Counted from the first letter of the stretch, positions 9,799 through 19,522 are shown. The stretch: 39,789 nucleotides of DNA from Thermoplasmatota archaeon (GCA_029762535.1 JARVGK010000004.1:82314-122102), one strand, 5' to 3'. Numbers and translations are program-made. Notes: a model not told the origin generated them from the letters alone.

Positions 9799-12176
9799 TG
9801 CGATCCCTCCAGAACGTATCTGAGACCATTGCGCCATTTCTCGTCCAGAATATCGATACCGACATCTATCAAGATCTCGTCCTCATCCAGTATCCTCAGC
9901 CTCCTTCCGCCCACGGTCCCCATCTTCACATAGGGCACATGATGCCTTGAAAGGCAGTCCTCAACCTTTCCGGCGTTGGGAAGCCTTACCTCGACCATGT
10001 AACGCGAACAGGATTCGGAGAAGAGTATTGTATCCCGCCTCATCTCCTCCAATCCCGCGAACCGCCCTATCCTGGATATGGATACCTCAGCCCCCAGACC
10101 GCCTCCGATGCACATCTCAGCGATGGCTGCGGCCATTCCACCCTCGGAGAGGTCATGGGCGGAGACGACGAGATGTGAGCCGATGAGCTCCAGCATCGCC
10201 TCCATGGCACCTTTTGACATCTCGAGGTCCACGGAGGGGACGCAGCTGCATTCCTCTTTCAGCTGCCTGAAGTACGCGCTGCCCCCCATCTCCTTTTTCG
10301 TCATGCCTATCAGATACAGAAGGTTCGACTCCTCCTTCAGGTCCGAGGTCATGCACAGGTTAACGTCTGGAACGATCCCGACGGTGAAGAAAGTGGGGGT
10401 AGGAGGAACGTTCCCGGTCTCGGTCTCGTTGTACAGTGAGACGTTCCCGGAGACCACCGGGACCTTGAAGTATCTGACCATCTCCCCTATGGCCTCGCAC
10501 GATCGGGCGAAATCGCCCATCCTGTCGGGGCGCTCGGGGTTACCGAAGTTGAGGCAATCGGTTATGGAATGGGGGCGAGCCCCCACGCATACCAGGTTCC
10601 TGAACGATTCCTCAAGGGACGCCATCGTCCCGTTGTAGGGATCGATCTCGCAGAAGAACGGATCGACGTCAGATGCCAGGGCAAGGCCCTTGTTTGACCC
10701 CGATAGGGGTTTGATAACTGAGGCGTCGGACGGGCCAGGGGAGAACGGCCGTCCTACGGCCGGTTTGATGACGGTCCTGGCCCGGACCTCGTGATCGTAG
10801 GTCCTGAAGACAGCCTCCCGGCTGCAGATGTTGGGATCCGACATCAGCGAGAGCAGGGCCTTTTCCAGAGATGGGCGGTCGGGATCGGGGAAGGACGCCT
10901 CCTTCATCTCCCTCGAGACCACACGCGCTTCGACGATACGGCAGTATTCAGGTCCAGCAGTGAAGAAGTCAAGGTCCAGATCGAGCACGGGCACGCCCTT
11001 CCACAGAGCCTTGATCCTCCGCCCCTCCTCGATCCGGCCGACGACCCTCGCGAGGACGTCCCATTTCTCAAAGATGCCCAGGACATCCTGGACCTTCTCG
11101 GGCAGGACCGAGACCATCATCCTCTCCTGGGACTCGGAGACCCATATCTCCCAGGGGGCCATTCCATCCTCTTTAATGGGGATCCGGTCCATATCGATCA
11201 CGGCCCCGCATCCACCGGCAAGGGCCATCTCGCCCGACACGCAGGATAGCCCGCCACCGCCCAGGTCCTTCATCCCCCTCAGAAGCCCCTTCTCATTTGC
11301 CTCCAGGCATGCATGTATCAGGGGCTCCTTGGTGATCGGGTCCCCCAACTGAACGGATCCCCTGTCCTTGTCCTCGGAACTGCTGGATAGGTCGGCGGAG
11401 GCGAACGTCACCCCGTGAATGCCATCCCTGCCCGTCCTTCCACCGGCCAGGATGTAGATCTCCCCCGGGCCGCCAACGCGGCTGTGTATGATGTGCTCCT
11501 TTCGGGCGATCCCTATCGCCCCGACGTTGACCAGGGGGTTGCCCGTATATCCCTCATGGAACTGTATCATGCCGGCGACGGTCGGGATCCCTATCCTGTT
11601 CCCGTAGTCCCTGATGCCGGCGACCACCCCGTGGAATATGGACCGAGGATGCCTGACCCCCTCCGGGACACTGTCCTGCGGCAGGTCGAGGGGTCCGAAG
11701 AACAACGGGTCCACCGTCGCTACGGGCTGCGCCCCCATGCAGAATATGTCCCGGATGATGCCCCCCACGCCCGTGGCCGCTCCTCCGTATGGACCTATGG
11801 CGGACGGGTGATTGTGCGATTCCAGCCCTACGACGTAGGCGTGCTCGTCATCGAACTCAACAACGCCCGCGTCCTCGTTGCTGGATATGACGTAAGGCGC
11901 GCCCATGCCGAAGAAATGCTTCCTCATGTAATACTTGGATGATTTGTAACAGCAGTGCTCGGACCATGCCTGCCCCAGGGCCTCGAGCTCGACGTCCATC
12001 GGGTCCCTGCCCTCGGATGAGAAATGGTCCCGAACCCTCTTCATCTCATCCAGGGAGAGCCCGATACCCATCTGCCGGGACATCCTCTCCAATTCTTCAT
12101 CGGTGCATCTGGAGAGCATGATCCTCCTCACAGGCACGTCGAGCCCTATATCGCTCGTAAGGTCAGCTATTACCAT
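9795..12176 (-). CDS. purL: Phosphoribosylformylglycinamidine synthase subunit PurL (small form)
   Basis: WSEHCCYKSS, ESHNHPS, GRDGIHG, DLGGGG, SESQERM, NFGNPE, SGNVSLYNE, HDLSEGG. Confidence 0.97.
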   Translation of the reverse strand: MVIADLTSDIGLDVPVRRIMLSRCTDEELERMSRQMGIGLSLDEMKRVRDHFSSEGRDPMDVELEALGQAWSEHCCYKSSKYYMRKHFFGMGAPYVISSNEDAGVVEFDDEHAYVVGLESHNHPSAIGPYGGAATGVGGIIRDIFCMGAQPVATVDPLFFGPLDLPQDSVPEGVRHPRSIFHGVVAGIRDYGNRIGIPTVAGMIQFHEGYTGNPLVNVGAIGIARKEHIIHSRVGGPGEIYILAGGRTGRDGIHGVTFASADLSSSSEDKDRGSVQLGDPITKEPLIHACLEANEKGLLRGMKDLGGGGLSCVSGEMALAGGCGAVIDMDRIPIKEDGMAPWEIWVSESQERMMVSVLPEKVQDVLGIFEKWDVLARVVGRIEEGRRIKALWKGVPVLDLDLDFFTAGPEYCRIVEARVVSREMKEASFPDPDRPSLEKALLSLMSDPNICSREAVFRTYDHEVRARTVIKPAVGRPFSPGPSDASVIKPLSGSNKGLALASDVDPFFCEIDPYNGTMASLEESFRNLVCVGARPHSITDCLNFGNPERPDRMGDFARSCEAIGEMVRYFKVPVVSGNVSLYNETETGNVPPTPTFFTVGIVPDVNLCMTSDLKEESNLLYLIGMTKKEMGGSAYFRQLKEECSCVPSVDLEMSKGAMEAMLELIGSHLVVSAHDLSEGGMAAAIAEMCIGGGLGAEVSISRIGRFAGLEEMRRDTILFSESCSRYMVEVRLPNAGKVEDCLSRHHVPYVKMGTVGGRRLRILDEDEILIDVGIDILDEKWRNGLRYVLEGSQ

Positions 12177-12185
12177 CGGATCCCC

Positions 12186-12428
12186 TCAGATTACATCTAT
12201 TAGATACGTGTGGATGACAGGGTTCATGAGCAGACGCTGACACATCTCATCGGCCCTTTTCAAAGCATCCTCCTTGGATGGTGCTTCCATCTCAATGCGG
12301 AACACCTTCAGGGTCTTCACGGACCCGACCTCTTCAAAACCGAGAAGATTAAGTGATTTCAGCGTGTTGGACCCTTCCGGGTCAACAACGCCTTTCTTCA
12401 GCCCTACCTTGACCTCTATGGTGAACAT
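12186..12428 (-). CDS. purS: Phosphoribosylformylglycinamidine synthase subunit PurS
   Basis: LKKGVVDPEG...MCQRLLMNPVIH, about 80 aa, immediately upstream of purL. Confidence 0.95.
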   Translation of the reverse strand: MFTIEVKVGLKKGVVDPEGSNTLKSLNLLGFEEVGSVKTLKVFRIEMEAPSKEDALKRADEMCQRLLMNPVIHTYLIDVI

Positions 12429-12605
12429 TCTAGCACTTCCCCGGGGATCGTGTCCCCTCACGCCTTAGGGTATGTGGAATATCGATATAACCTTGTTGAG
12501 AAGGCCCGCCTCCCATGCGAGACCGCGTCCATCAAGATATTTATATTTTGAGGACCTTCGGCCATGGGGTCGATCCAAGGGGGCGGCCTTTTTCCGGGTG
12601 TTGCG

Positions 12606-14783
12606 ATGGGAAGGGTCAGGAGATCGACCTACAGGCAGCCGATGACGCCGAGCGGCATCGAGAAGATCGAGAAGGGGACTATGAACTGGCTCGATCCGGA
12701 GATGTTCGTGAACTTCAACACGGGATCGCTGGAGCAATACCTGGACGAGAAGAACCGCAGGGATTCGTTCAAGGTGCCCGCCTGGTCATGGTGGAAGGTG
12801 CTGGTCTCGATAGCCATTGGCGTCCTCTTCGCCATCGTCAACCAGTACGTCGGGCTGAGAGTGGGCATGGTGATCGCCGGGTCCTGGTACATGGTCTATC
12901 TTTTGGGAATGTGGCTGAAGTGGAACCCGCCCACGCTGAACATCGCCGCAACGGCCTCGAACGGGGCCGCGATGATCTGCACTGGCTTCGTGTTCACGTT
13001 CCCCGCGATCTACATACTTGCACTTGACCCCGCCGAGAAGGTAGGGGGCGAGTTCCTAATAGACAGCACCGTTCTGATGCCCATAATCCCGATAGTTATC
13101 ACGGCAACAATGATATCGGGCATACTAGGGGTGATGTACTTCATCATATTCAGGAGGATCTGGCTCGTGGAGGACCCGCTGCCCACCCCGGGTTTCGAGG
13201 CTACGGTGAAATTGCTGGACCTCTCAAGGGCCACCTCGGCGGAGGCAACGGGCCAGGCCAAGTCGAGCATGAGACAGGCGATGATATGGATAGGCTCCAC
13301 CGCTTTGTTCACGTTCTTCAGGGACTTTCCCCTATTCAATTCGAGCGGTACCTTCTCCATCCTTGAGGCCAGGATGTCCATCATGGACTGGTTCGCCGTC
13401 AAGCTCAACATCTCGCGTTTCTATCAGGGCGGAGATATAATCTTCACCGCCGACTCCTCCGGGCTCGGGAAATACACCTTTCTCTCCCTGACCCTCATAC
13501 CAATACAGTTCGGCATAGGCTGGTTCATGAAGGCCAAGACAGCATTTTTGATATTCCTCGGCACGGCGTTCACCTGGTGGCTGGCGATCCCGATCGCGGT
13601 GATCACTCACGCGCCTTACTACTGGGCCAATTCCGGGGAGTTCTTCGACGTGGCGCACATGGCTTTGTTCGAGGGATTGGACCTGACAGCGTTCAGGGGA
13701 GGGCTTTATGACGGGATACCCACGTCCCCTGCCCTGGCGGCATACTCCATCGTCAGGGTGATGGCCATAGGCACGATACTGGGCGGTGGGATGACCGCCC
13801 TCGTTAGGATGCTACCAGTGTTCAAGACCGTTTTCAAGGACCTGTTCGCCCTCAAGGGAGCTGACGATGACGGGTCCAAGGGATCGTATGTTAAGGGAAA
13901 AGGCTGGTACGAGTGGCCGTCCCCCCACATAGTCATGGTCATGATCATAACGCTCGTGGTCGTATCCATAACCTTCATGATCGGGGGTTTTCCGATACCC
14001 CAATCGATCATTTTTTCTGTGATGCTCGTCCTTTTGACATTCCTTTTAGGCGCCATAGCCGTCAAGGTCATGGGCGAGACCGGAACCGAGCCGGTTAGCG
14101 CCACGTCCTTCCTGGTCCTGCTGTTCCTCATAATCACCTTCAACGGAATACTCCCCCTTATCGGATTGAGGATGCCTCAGAGCACGGTAATCGTCATGTC
14201 CCTGATAGGCACAACGGTCTTTGCAGGGGCCATATCCATGTCCGGTGATGTGGTCCTCAACTTCAAGAACGGGCTCTACTGCGGGAACCGGCCGCACGAT
14301 CTCGTTAAGGCGCTGACGCCGGGGATCATACCCGGGGCGATCATATCCGGCATCGCCGCGGTGATATTCTCGATAGGGCTCGCGAACGGCACGCTACCCC
14401 TTGCCGCCCCGCAGGCATACGCCTTCACGATCTTCGTCAAGGGCATAATAGCACAGGCGATCCAGTGGAAATTGTTCATCGCGGGTTTCGCCATAGGCGT
14501 GTTCCTCGAGCTCTTGATAGGCATGGGGACCGCTTTCGGCCTCGGGATGTATCTACCTATCGGTATACAGATCCCGATGCTCGCCGGAGGGGTCGCAAGG
14601 TCCGTCTGGGAGAAAAAGTACCTCGAGCCCAAGGCCAGGAGGCTGGGATGGACCGAGAACATGAAGACGATGAAGATACTCGGGACCTACATGATGGCGA
14701 CCGGAATGATAGTCGGCGAGGCCGTCCTCGGGACCGTCGTCGCCATATGGCTCGTCCTGCCGCTTCTGGGGACCATATTCTAG
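12606..14783 (+). CDS. OPT family oligopeptide transporter
   Basis: YVGLRVGM, FTFPA, LPTPG..A, GETGTEPVS, LAAPQA, FGLGMYLP motifs and many TM helices. Start is 12606 or 12564. Confidence 0.92.
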   Translation: MGRVRRSTYRQPMTPSGIEKIEKGTMNWLDPEMFVNFNTGSLEQYLDEKNRRDSFKVPAWSWWKVLVSIAIGVLFAIVNQYVGLRVGMVIAGSWYMVYLLGMWLKWNPPTLNIAATASNGAAMICTGFVFTFPAIYILALDPAEKVGGEFLIDSTVLMPIIPIVITATMISGILGVMYFIIFRRIWLVEDPLPTPGFEATVKLLDLSRATSAEATGQAKSSMRQAMIWIGSTALFTFFRDFPLFNSSGTFSILEARMSIMDWFAVKLNISRFYQGGDIIFTADSSGLGKYTFLSLTLIPIQFGIGWFMKAKTAFLIFLGTAFTWWLAIPIAVITHAPYYWANSGEFFDVAHMALFEGLDLTAFRGGLYDGIPTSPALAAYSIVRVMAIGTILGGGMTALVRMLPVFKTVFKDLFALKGADDDGSKGSYVKGKGWYEWPSPHIVMVMIITLVVVSITFMIGGFPIPQSIIFSVMLVLLTFLLGAIAVKVMGETGTEPVSATSFLVLLFLIITFNGILPLIGLRMPQSTVIVMSLIGTTVFAGAISMSGDVVLNFKNGLYCGNRPHDLVKALTPGIIPGAIISGIAAVIFSIGLANGTLPLAAPQAYAFTIFVKGIIAQAIQWKLFIAGFAIGVFLELLIGMGTAFGLGMYLPIGIQIPMLAGGVARSVWEKKYLEPKARRLGWTENMKTMKILGTYMMATGMIVGEAVLGTVVAIWLVLPLLGTIF

Positions 14784-15055
14784 CGCTTCTCAGCGCGATC
14801 AGGCCAGCCTCTATCCTCCATTTTTCTGGCCCATTCCTTGACGATGTCCTCGGGCACGTCGAACGTGTCGTTCTCCATGTCGTAGGCCAGCTTGCCCTCG
14901 AGGATCATCTCCTCCACCGCCTGTCGGACCAGCCTCGCGAAGGTCTCACCCTCGAACAGCGCCTGCAGCTCCGAACCCAGTTTCCTGGTGATCTCGGGCG
15001 CGTCCTGCGGGGTGTGGACCTCTATCCCTTTTGTCATCTGCTTTTTCTTACCCAT
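14780..15055 (-). CDS. Small hypothetical protein (possible winged-helix-like fold)
   Basis: Fills the gap between OPT and the ATPase. Protein-like composition with a 4-nt convergent overlap. AVEEMILEGKLAY is only weakly wHTH-like. Confidence 0.55.
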   Translation of the reverse strand: MGKKKQMTKGIEVHTPQDAPEITRKLGSELQALFEGETFARLVRQAVEEMILEGKLAYDMENDTFDVPEDIVKEWARKMEDRGWPDRAEKR

Positions 15056-15116
15056 TATTATCCGCAAGGGTCAAACATGACGACAGATTTATAATAATTC
15101 CCATCGATGGTAGCGC

Positions 15117-16535
15117 ATGGGCAGTCCTGACGAAGGGATGGGTTCGCGCAGCGTGACCGATGGAAATGTGGCGAACCCATCGAGGATCCCTTCCGAGATA
15201 ATGAGCTTCTTCAAGGAGAACGTCGGGGAGATCCTCCTCGTCAAGGGCCCTCCCGGCTCGGGAAAGACCCTTTTCTCGCTTGAATGCATGAGGGAGCTTT
15301 GCAGGTCCGTCAGCGGTATCGCCGTCTTCACCAGGATGGACAGTGACCAGGTCCAGGCCGAGATGGGGTGGATCACCAATGACGAGACCAGGGGCAATCT
15401 GAGCGCTTACAATTCCGGGGACAGGATATCCGATCCGAACTGGTTCAAGAGGGAGTTCGATCAGATAATCGGTTCGAAGAACCAAGCTCCTCTGGGATAC
15501 ATACTGTTCGACACGATAGACGCGATAACGGAACAGTACGACAATCCGCAGAGGAAGATGAAGGAGATCGTCTCTCTGATACAGAGGACGAACGTCTCCG
15601 CTATAATGGTGGAAGAGGACGAGGGAGTAACCTATCTGGACCATCTCGCCGGGGGCGTGGTAAGGATCAATTTCGGCGAGGTGGATAGAAGGAGGTACAG
15701 GTCACTGAGGATCGAGAAGCTCAGGGGCGTAGAGGTCAATCATTCGGACTACCTCATGACCCTTCATCTGGGCAACTTCCGGTCCTTCGAACCCTGGGAC
15801 CCGTCCAGGGTGGAGATCGGGGAATGGGTGCCTCTACCAGATACCGAGGATGAATTCTCCACCGGGCTATCGGACCTGGACCGGATACTGAACGGGGGTT
15901 ACAGGAAGGGTTCATACAATATTCTCGACATTGACGATCACATCTCGACGGATGAATACATGATGATAATGCGCCCCGTGCTCCTCAACTTCGTCGAGCA
16001 AGGTTACGGCATACTCATGGTCCCCCCGGCGGGCGAGCACCCCGAAGCGCTCAGGTCCGATATGCAGAGGTTCGTTGATAAGGGGAAGCTCGAGGGAAAG
16101 GTCTATTTCCTGGACTATTTCAGCGCGTCCTCCACGAAGCATTACATAATCCCCATGGCCGTGGGGAAGAAGGAGGGCGGCTCCCAAAGAGGCCTCGAGG
16201 TCATACAGAACCTGAGGGGGCCGGATATGAAACCCTATCTGGACTTCGTTGGGATGGATACCATGGAGTACCTCATGGGCGAGTCCATCTCCCTCAAGCA
16301 TCTGCTCACCGGCGTCTCAAAGGCGAAGGTGACAAAGACGCTGGGCCTGGGATTGACGAAACCGGGTCTGAAGACGAGCCAGGGCATCCGTAACATGGCC
16401 GATGTTTACATCAGGATGGTGAAGATCAACAACATACCGTGCATATACGGCGTAAAGCCCCAGACGGGGATCTACGCCGTGGTCCCGGACCCCGAATTGA
16501 AGTTCCCGAACCTCAACCTGATCCCCTTGACCTGA
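15117..16535 (+). CDS. GvpD/KaiC-like RecA-superfamily ATPase with two domains
   Basis: Walker A GPPGSGKT, RSLRIEKLRG KaiC-type motif, second domain FSTGLSDLDRILNGG with a degenerate P-loop. Confidence 0.85.
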   Translation: MGSPDEGMGSRSVTDGNVANPSRIPSEIMSFFKENVGEILLVKGPPGSGKTLFSLECMRELCRSVSGIAVFTRMDSDQVQAEMGWITNDETRGNLSAYNSGDRISDPNWFKREFDQIIGSKNQAPLGYILFDTIDAITEQYDNPQRKMKEIVSLIQRTNVSAIMVEEDEGVTYLDHLAGGVVRINFGEVDRRRYRSLRIEKLRGVEVNHSDYLMTLHLGNFRSFEPWDPSRVEIGEWVPLPDTEDEFSTGLSDLDRILNGGYRKGSYNILDIDDHISTDEYMMIMRPVLLNFVEQGYGILMVPPAGEHPEALRSDMQRFVDKGKLEGKVYFLDYFSASSTKHYIIPMAVGKKEGGSQRGLEVIQNLRGPDMKPYLDFVGMDTMEYLMGESISLKHLLTGVSKAKVTKTLGLGLTKPGLKTSQGIRNMADVYIRMVKINNIPCIYGVKPQTGIYAVVPDPELKFPNLNLIPLT

Positions 16536-16998
16536 CGCTCTTGAGGGGGGATCCGCACACGGGGCAGTCGTGACGGGCATCCTCGTAATATCTCTTGCAA
16601 CCCGTGCAGCGGAAGGTCCAGGTCCATCTCTCCTTGATCGATCTGTCCCCTATCTCCCCCGCCGGCTCGAATCTCAAATTTAGGGAGTTGAGCACGTTCT
16701 GGACGCGGAAATCGTCGGTGATGACCACGGCCGAGATCTCCCGAGCCAGGGCTATGACGGATATGTCGGCATCCGATAGATGGGGGAGGTCGCCCGTGGA
16801 GCGGGCGGCATCCAGTGCCGGCCCCCTATCCGGGGCGGATGCGATAATCAGCCCGGAATCAAGTAGTCTCTCGAGGATGTCATGAGGCCTCCCCTTTCGT
16901 ATCTCCTGGACCACTTCGGGGGTGATGTAGGCCTCCATACCCTGAAGGGATGAGAGCCTGCCGGAGAGGATCGCGGAAGCGTCGAGGACGGTCTTCAT
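16513..16998 (-). CDS. nob1: Archaeal NOB1-type PIN-domain rRNA maturation endonuclease
   Basis: VLDASAIL, TGD...LS.AD, TDDF.VQNV PIN motifs plus CTGC...CPVCG zinc ribbon. Confidence 0.9.
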   Translation of the reverse strand: MKTVLDASAILSGRLSSLQGMEAYITPEVVQEIRKGRPHDILERLLDSGLIIASAPDRGPALDAARSTGDLPHLSDADISVIALAREISAVVITDDFRVQNVLNSLNLRFEPAGEIGDRSIKERWTWTFRCTGCKRYYEDARHDCPVCGSPLKSVRSRGSG

Positions 16999-17037
16999 CG
17001 AGGAAGCCTATCCCGAACGGGGCCAATTAAGTTTTCC

Positions 17038-19350
17038 TCAGTTGGGATAGTACCTGGGCCTCAGGCCAAGGTCCTCCTCGTTCACCATCCCCGAGTCCCT
17101 CAGGAACTGGACGTGGTAGAAGACGACGTTGCGGGAAACGCCCACGTCCTTCGCGATCTCGGACTGGGTCCTGCCCGGCCTCTCCCTGATGGAGCGGAGT
17201 ATGTTCTCCTGTATCCGGGACAGCCTGACCCTCTCATCGCGGTCCCTGGTCCCGGCCTGGTAGAAGAGACGGTTGTTCCCGTCCTGCTCGGAGACTATGA
17301 GCTGCTCCTTTTCGAGCACGTTGATGTGATGAGAGAGGGTCCCCACCTCCAATTCCACGGCCCTCTGTATGGACCGGAAGTGGTCCCCGGGGTTGTTAAC
17401 GATGTGATCGTATATGCGCTTCCTGTTCTCCTGGTCCAGAACGTTCCTGTTGTGCCTCGAATAGGCGAAGATCCCGATGACGAATAGTATGGATACGACC
17501 CCGATCAGGAAGAGGATGAACAGGGGAAAGGCGGATAGATCATTCGCTTCTATTGGAGATGATGGATAATAACCATTGCCATCAGGTCCTTCGCCACCCT
17601 TCGGGTCATCCACGTCGATGGGATCCTTATCTTCGGACCCCTCATCTATCACCAGGATGAAGGACGTATATTTGGTCACGAAGGAATGGTTCAGGGCGAG
17701 CGAGACCACCTGCGAGACCAGCTCCTCCTTCTCGCCCTCTACCGTGATCCTGTCCATGAGATCGGCGATCGCCCTATACGCCCAGATCCTCGGGATCATG
17801 TCCATGGCCGAGTCCGGATCGACGACGTATTGCTCTGAATAGGAAACGTCCCCGGTAGCGTCCCTCGCGGTGACGGAAGCGTCGATGTGTTCGATCCCCG
17901 GCTCGAACCTCCCGAGGATCACCGCCTCGGATCCCTCGTAGAGCCCCGGGATGCTATCCGGCAGGACCTGGTATGTCCCGGGCCTGTAAGTGAATACAAT
18001 ATCCATCAGCAGCGGAGTGGAAACGGTGTCGTAGAAGCCCTGCAGCAAAGCTGATGCATCGGCGTTGGCGGGGATCCTCACGGACGTTCCCCCGTTCTCC
18101 AGTGCCAGGGCCTTGAGGAACTCGAAGTCGACATCGGAACCGAACCCTATCGTGTATATCGACGCCTCCTGATCGTTCGAGGCCTTCACATTGTTTCTTA
18201 TCGAGTTCTTGTTCGTGACCCCGCTAGTGGGCAGCCCGTCTGTGAGAAAGATGACCATGGGTATGGACCCGGTATCATCGCCGAACATGTCCAGGGCCTT
18301 CAGGAGCGCCCCGTTGATATTGGTGGATCCACCTGCCTCAATGCCCTTTATGTATCCCTCGGCCGAGTCCATGTTCTGGGTGGAGGCCGGTATCAGGCCG
18401 TCCTTCCAGACGGTGATCCTGTCGTCAAAGACGACGATGTTGAAATCGTCCCCTTCGAGCATCTGGCCGACGATCTCGCCGAAGGCGTCCTTCATCTGCT
18501 CTATCTTCTGCCCGGACATGGAGCCGGACCTGTCAAGGACGAATATGATGTCCTTGGGCAGATGGGATCCCAACCCCTCGAGTTCGGGGGTGAACAAATG
18601 CATGAAGTATCCGCCGGTATCGTCCTGATATGTCCTCAGTATGCCCGTTCCCGGCCTGGACTCCTCCCTGAACGATAGGTATAACCTGTCCCCCTCCGAG
18701 AGCTGCGATGTCGCGAAGGCGAGATGTGCCTCGTTCGTCCCGTTCCACTCTTCGGTCATGTTCGGTAAAGATCTGGAAGTATCCAGCTCCGTGATGTTGG
18801 AACTGGAGCGTACGTATATGTTTCCCCGACATATCTCGAAACCGGTGTATCCGCCGATCCCGAACAGGTCGAACGAATAGGAATAGTTCCCCAGGACCCT
18901 CGTTATCATCCTCTCGAACCTCAATCCCACGACGACCTCGGATCCCGCCTTGACGTTAAGGGATACCGAGAACGTATCGGGGCTCCCACCTCCCTCCACC
19001 TTCGAGGCGGTCCTGTTGCTCTCGGTGGCGTTCTCGTATTCTTTCGAGGCATCCTCCTTCGTAGCCACCCTCGCGAAATGGACAACACCTTCCTGCTCTA
19101 TCGAGAGGTTTGAAAGTAGCGAGTCCCGGGGGATCCTTACAGAGAACACAGTATCCCTGTCGCTGTCCGATGGGTTGTTGAACGTGGCGAACACGTTCGT
19201 CACGGCGTAGTGCTCGTCTATTGACACATCGATGAGGATCGATGACCTGATAAGCCCCTCCTCCGATGCGTGTCCGTCATTTGAAAGAAGCGCGGCGGCC
19301 GCAAGAGAACATACGAGCGCGATGCATATCGTCCGCATTGACCTGTTCAT
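17038..19350 (-). CDS. Signal peptide-VIT-vWA-TM-tandem wHTH fusion protein (candidate membrane-bound transcription regulator)
   Basis: N-terminal hydrophobic signal, VIT domain, MIDAS DRSGSM and FLTDG, FVTKYTS motif, one TM, then RIYDHIVNNPGDHF..HHINVLE and RPGRTQSEIAKDVGVSRNVVFYHV. GGGTGA SD precedes ATG 19350. Confidence 0.9.
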   Translation of the reverse strand: MNRSMRTICIALVCSLAAAALLSNDGHASEEGLIRSSILIDVSIDEHYAVTNVFATFNNPSDSDRDTVFSVRIPRDSLLSNLSIEQEGVVHFARVATKEDASKEYENATESNRTASKVEGGGSPDTFSVSLNVKAGSEVVVGLRFERMITRVLGNYSYSFDLFGIGGYTGFEICRGNIYVRSSSNITELDTSRSLPNMTEEWNGTNEAHLAFATSQLSEGDRLYLSFREESRPGTGILRTYQDDTGGYFMHLFTPELEGLGSHLPKDIIFVLDRSGSMSGQKIEQMKDAFGEIVGQMLEGDDFNIVVFDDRITVWKDGLIPASTQNMDSAEGYIKGIEAGGSTNINGALLKALDMFGDDTGSIPMVIFLTDGLPTSGVTNKNSIRNNVKASNDQEASIYTIGFGSDVDFEFLKALALENGGTSVRIPANADASALLQGFYDTVSTPLLMDIVFTYRPGTYQVLPDSIPGLYEGSEAVILGRFEPGIEHIDASVTARDATGDVSYSEQYVVDPDSAMDMIPRIWAYRAIADLMDRITVEGEKEELVSQVVSLALNHSFVTKYTSFILVIDEGSEDKDPIDVDDPKGGEGPDGNGYYPSSPIEANDLSAFPLFILFLIGVVSILFVIGIFAYSRHNRNVLDQENRKRIYDHIVNNPGDHFRSIQRAVELEVGTLSHHINVLEKEQLIVSEQDGNNRLFYQAGTRDRDERVRLSRIQENILRSIRERPGRTQSEIAKDVGVSRNVVFYHVQFLRDSGMVNEEDLGLRPRYYPN

Positions 19351-19395
19351 GTTTTCACCCGAGCGAGAAGAGGGCCCCGAGCTTATATATGCAGA

Positions 19396-19478
19396 TTGGA
19401 ACATCAATTGTACAAGTATATACCATTTTTGGAACAGTATATATTATCAACATAGATAATATATTATATGTTGGCACC
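19396..19478. promoter_or_regulatory. AT-rich divergent promoter region with direct and inverted repeats
   Basis: TTGGAACA at 19396 and 19429 (near-copy TTGGCACC at 19471). Perfect 10-bp inverted repeat ATATATTATC-N6-GATAATATAT at 19439-19464. Confidence 0.55.
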
Positions 19479-19522
19479 GATATATGGACCATCCAAACCT
19501 CGTTAGAAGGAGGGGATCAGTA

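Noticed and set aside
15117-16535. Gas vesicle or circadian clock locus
   Set aside because: No gvpA/J/N or kaiA/kaiB genes nearby.
16513-16998. VapC toxin of a toxin-antitoxin pair
   Set aside because: PIN plus C-terminal Zn ribbon matches NOB1, and there is no antitoxin ORF upstream.
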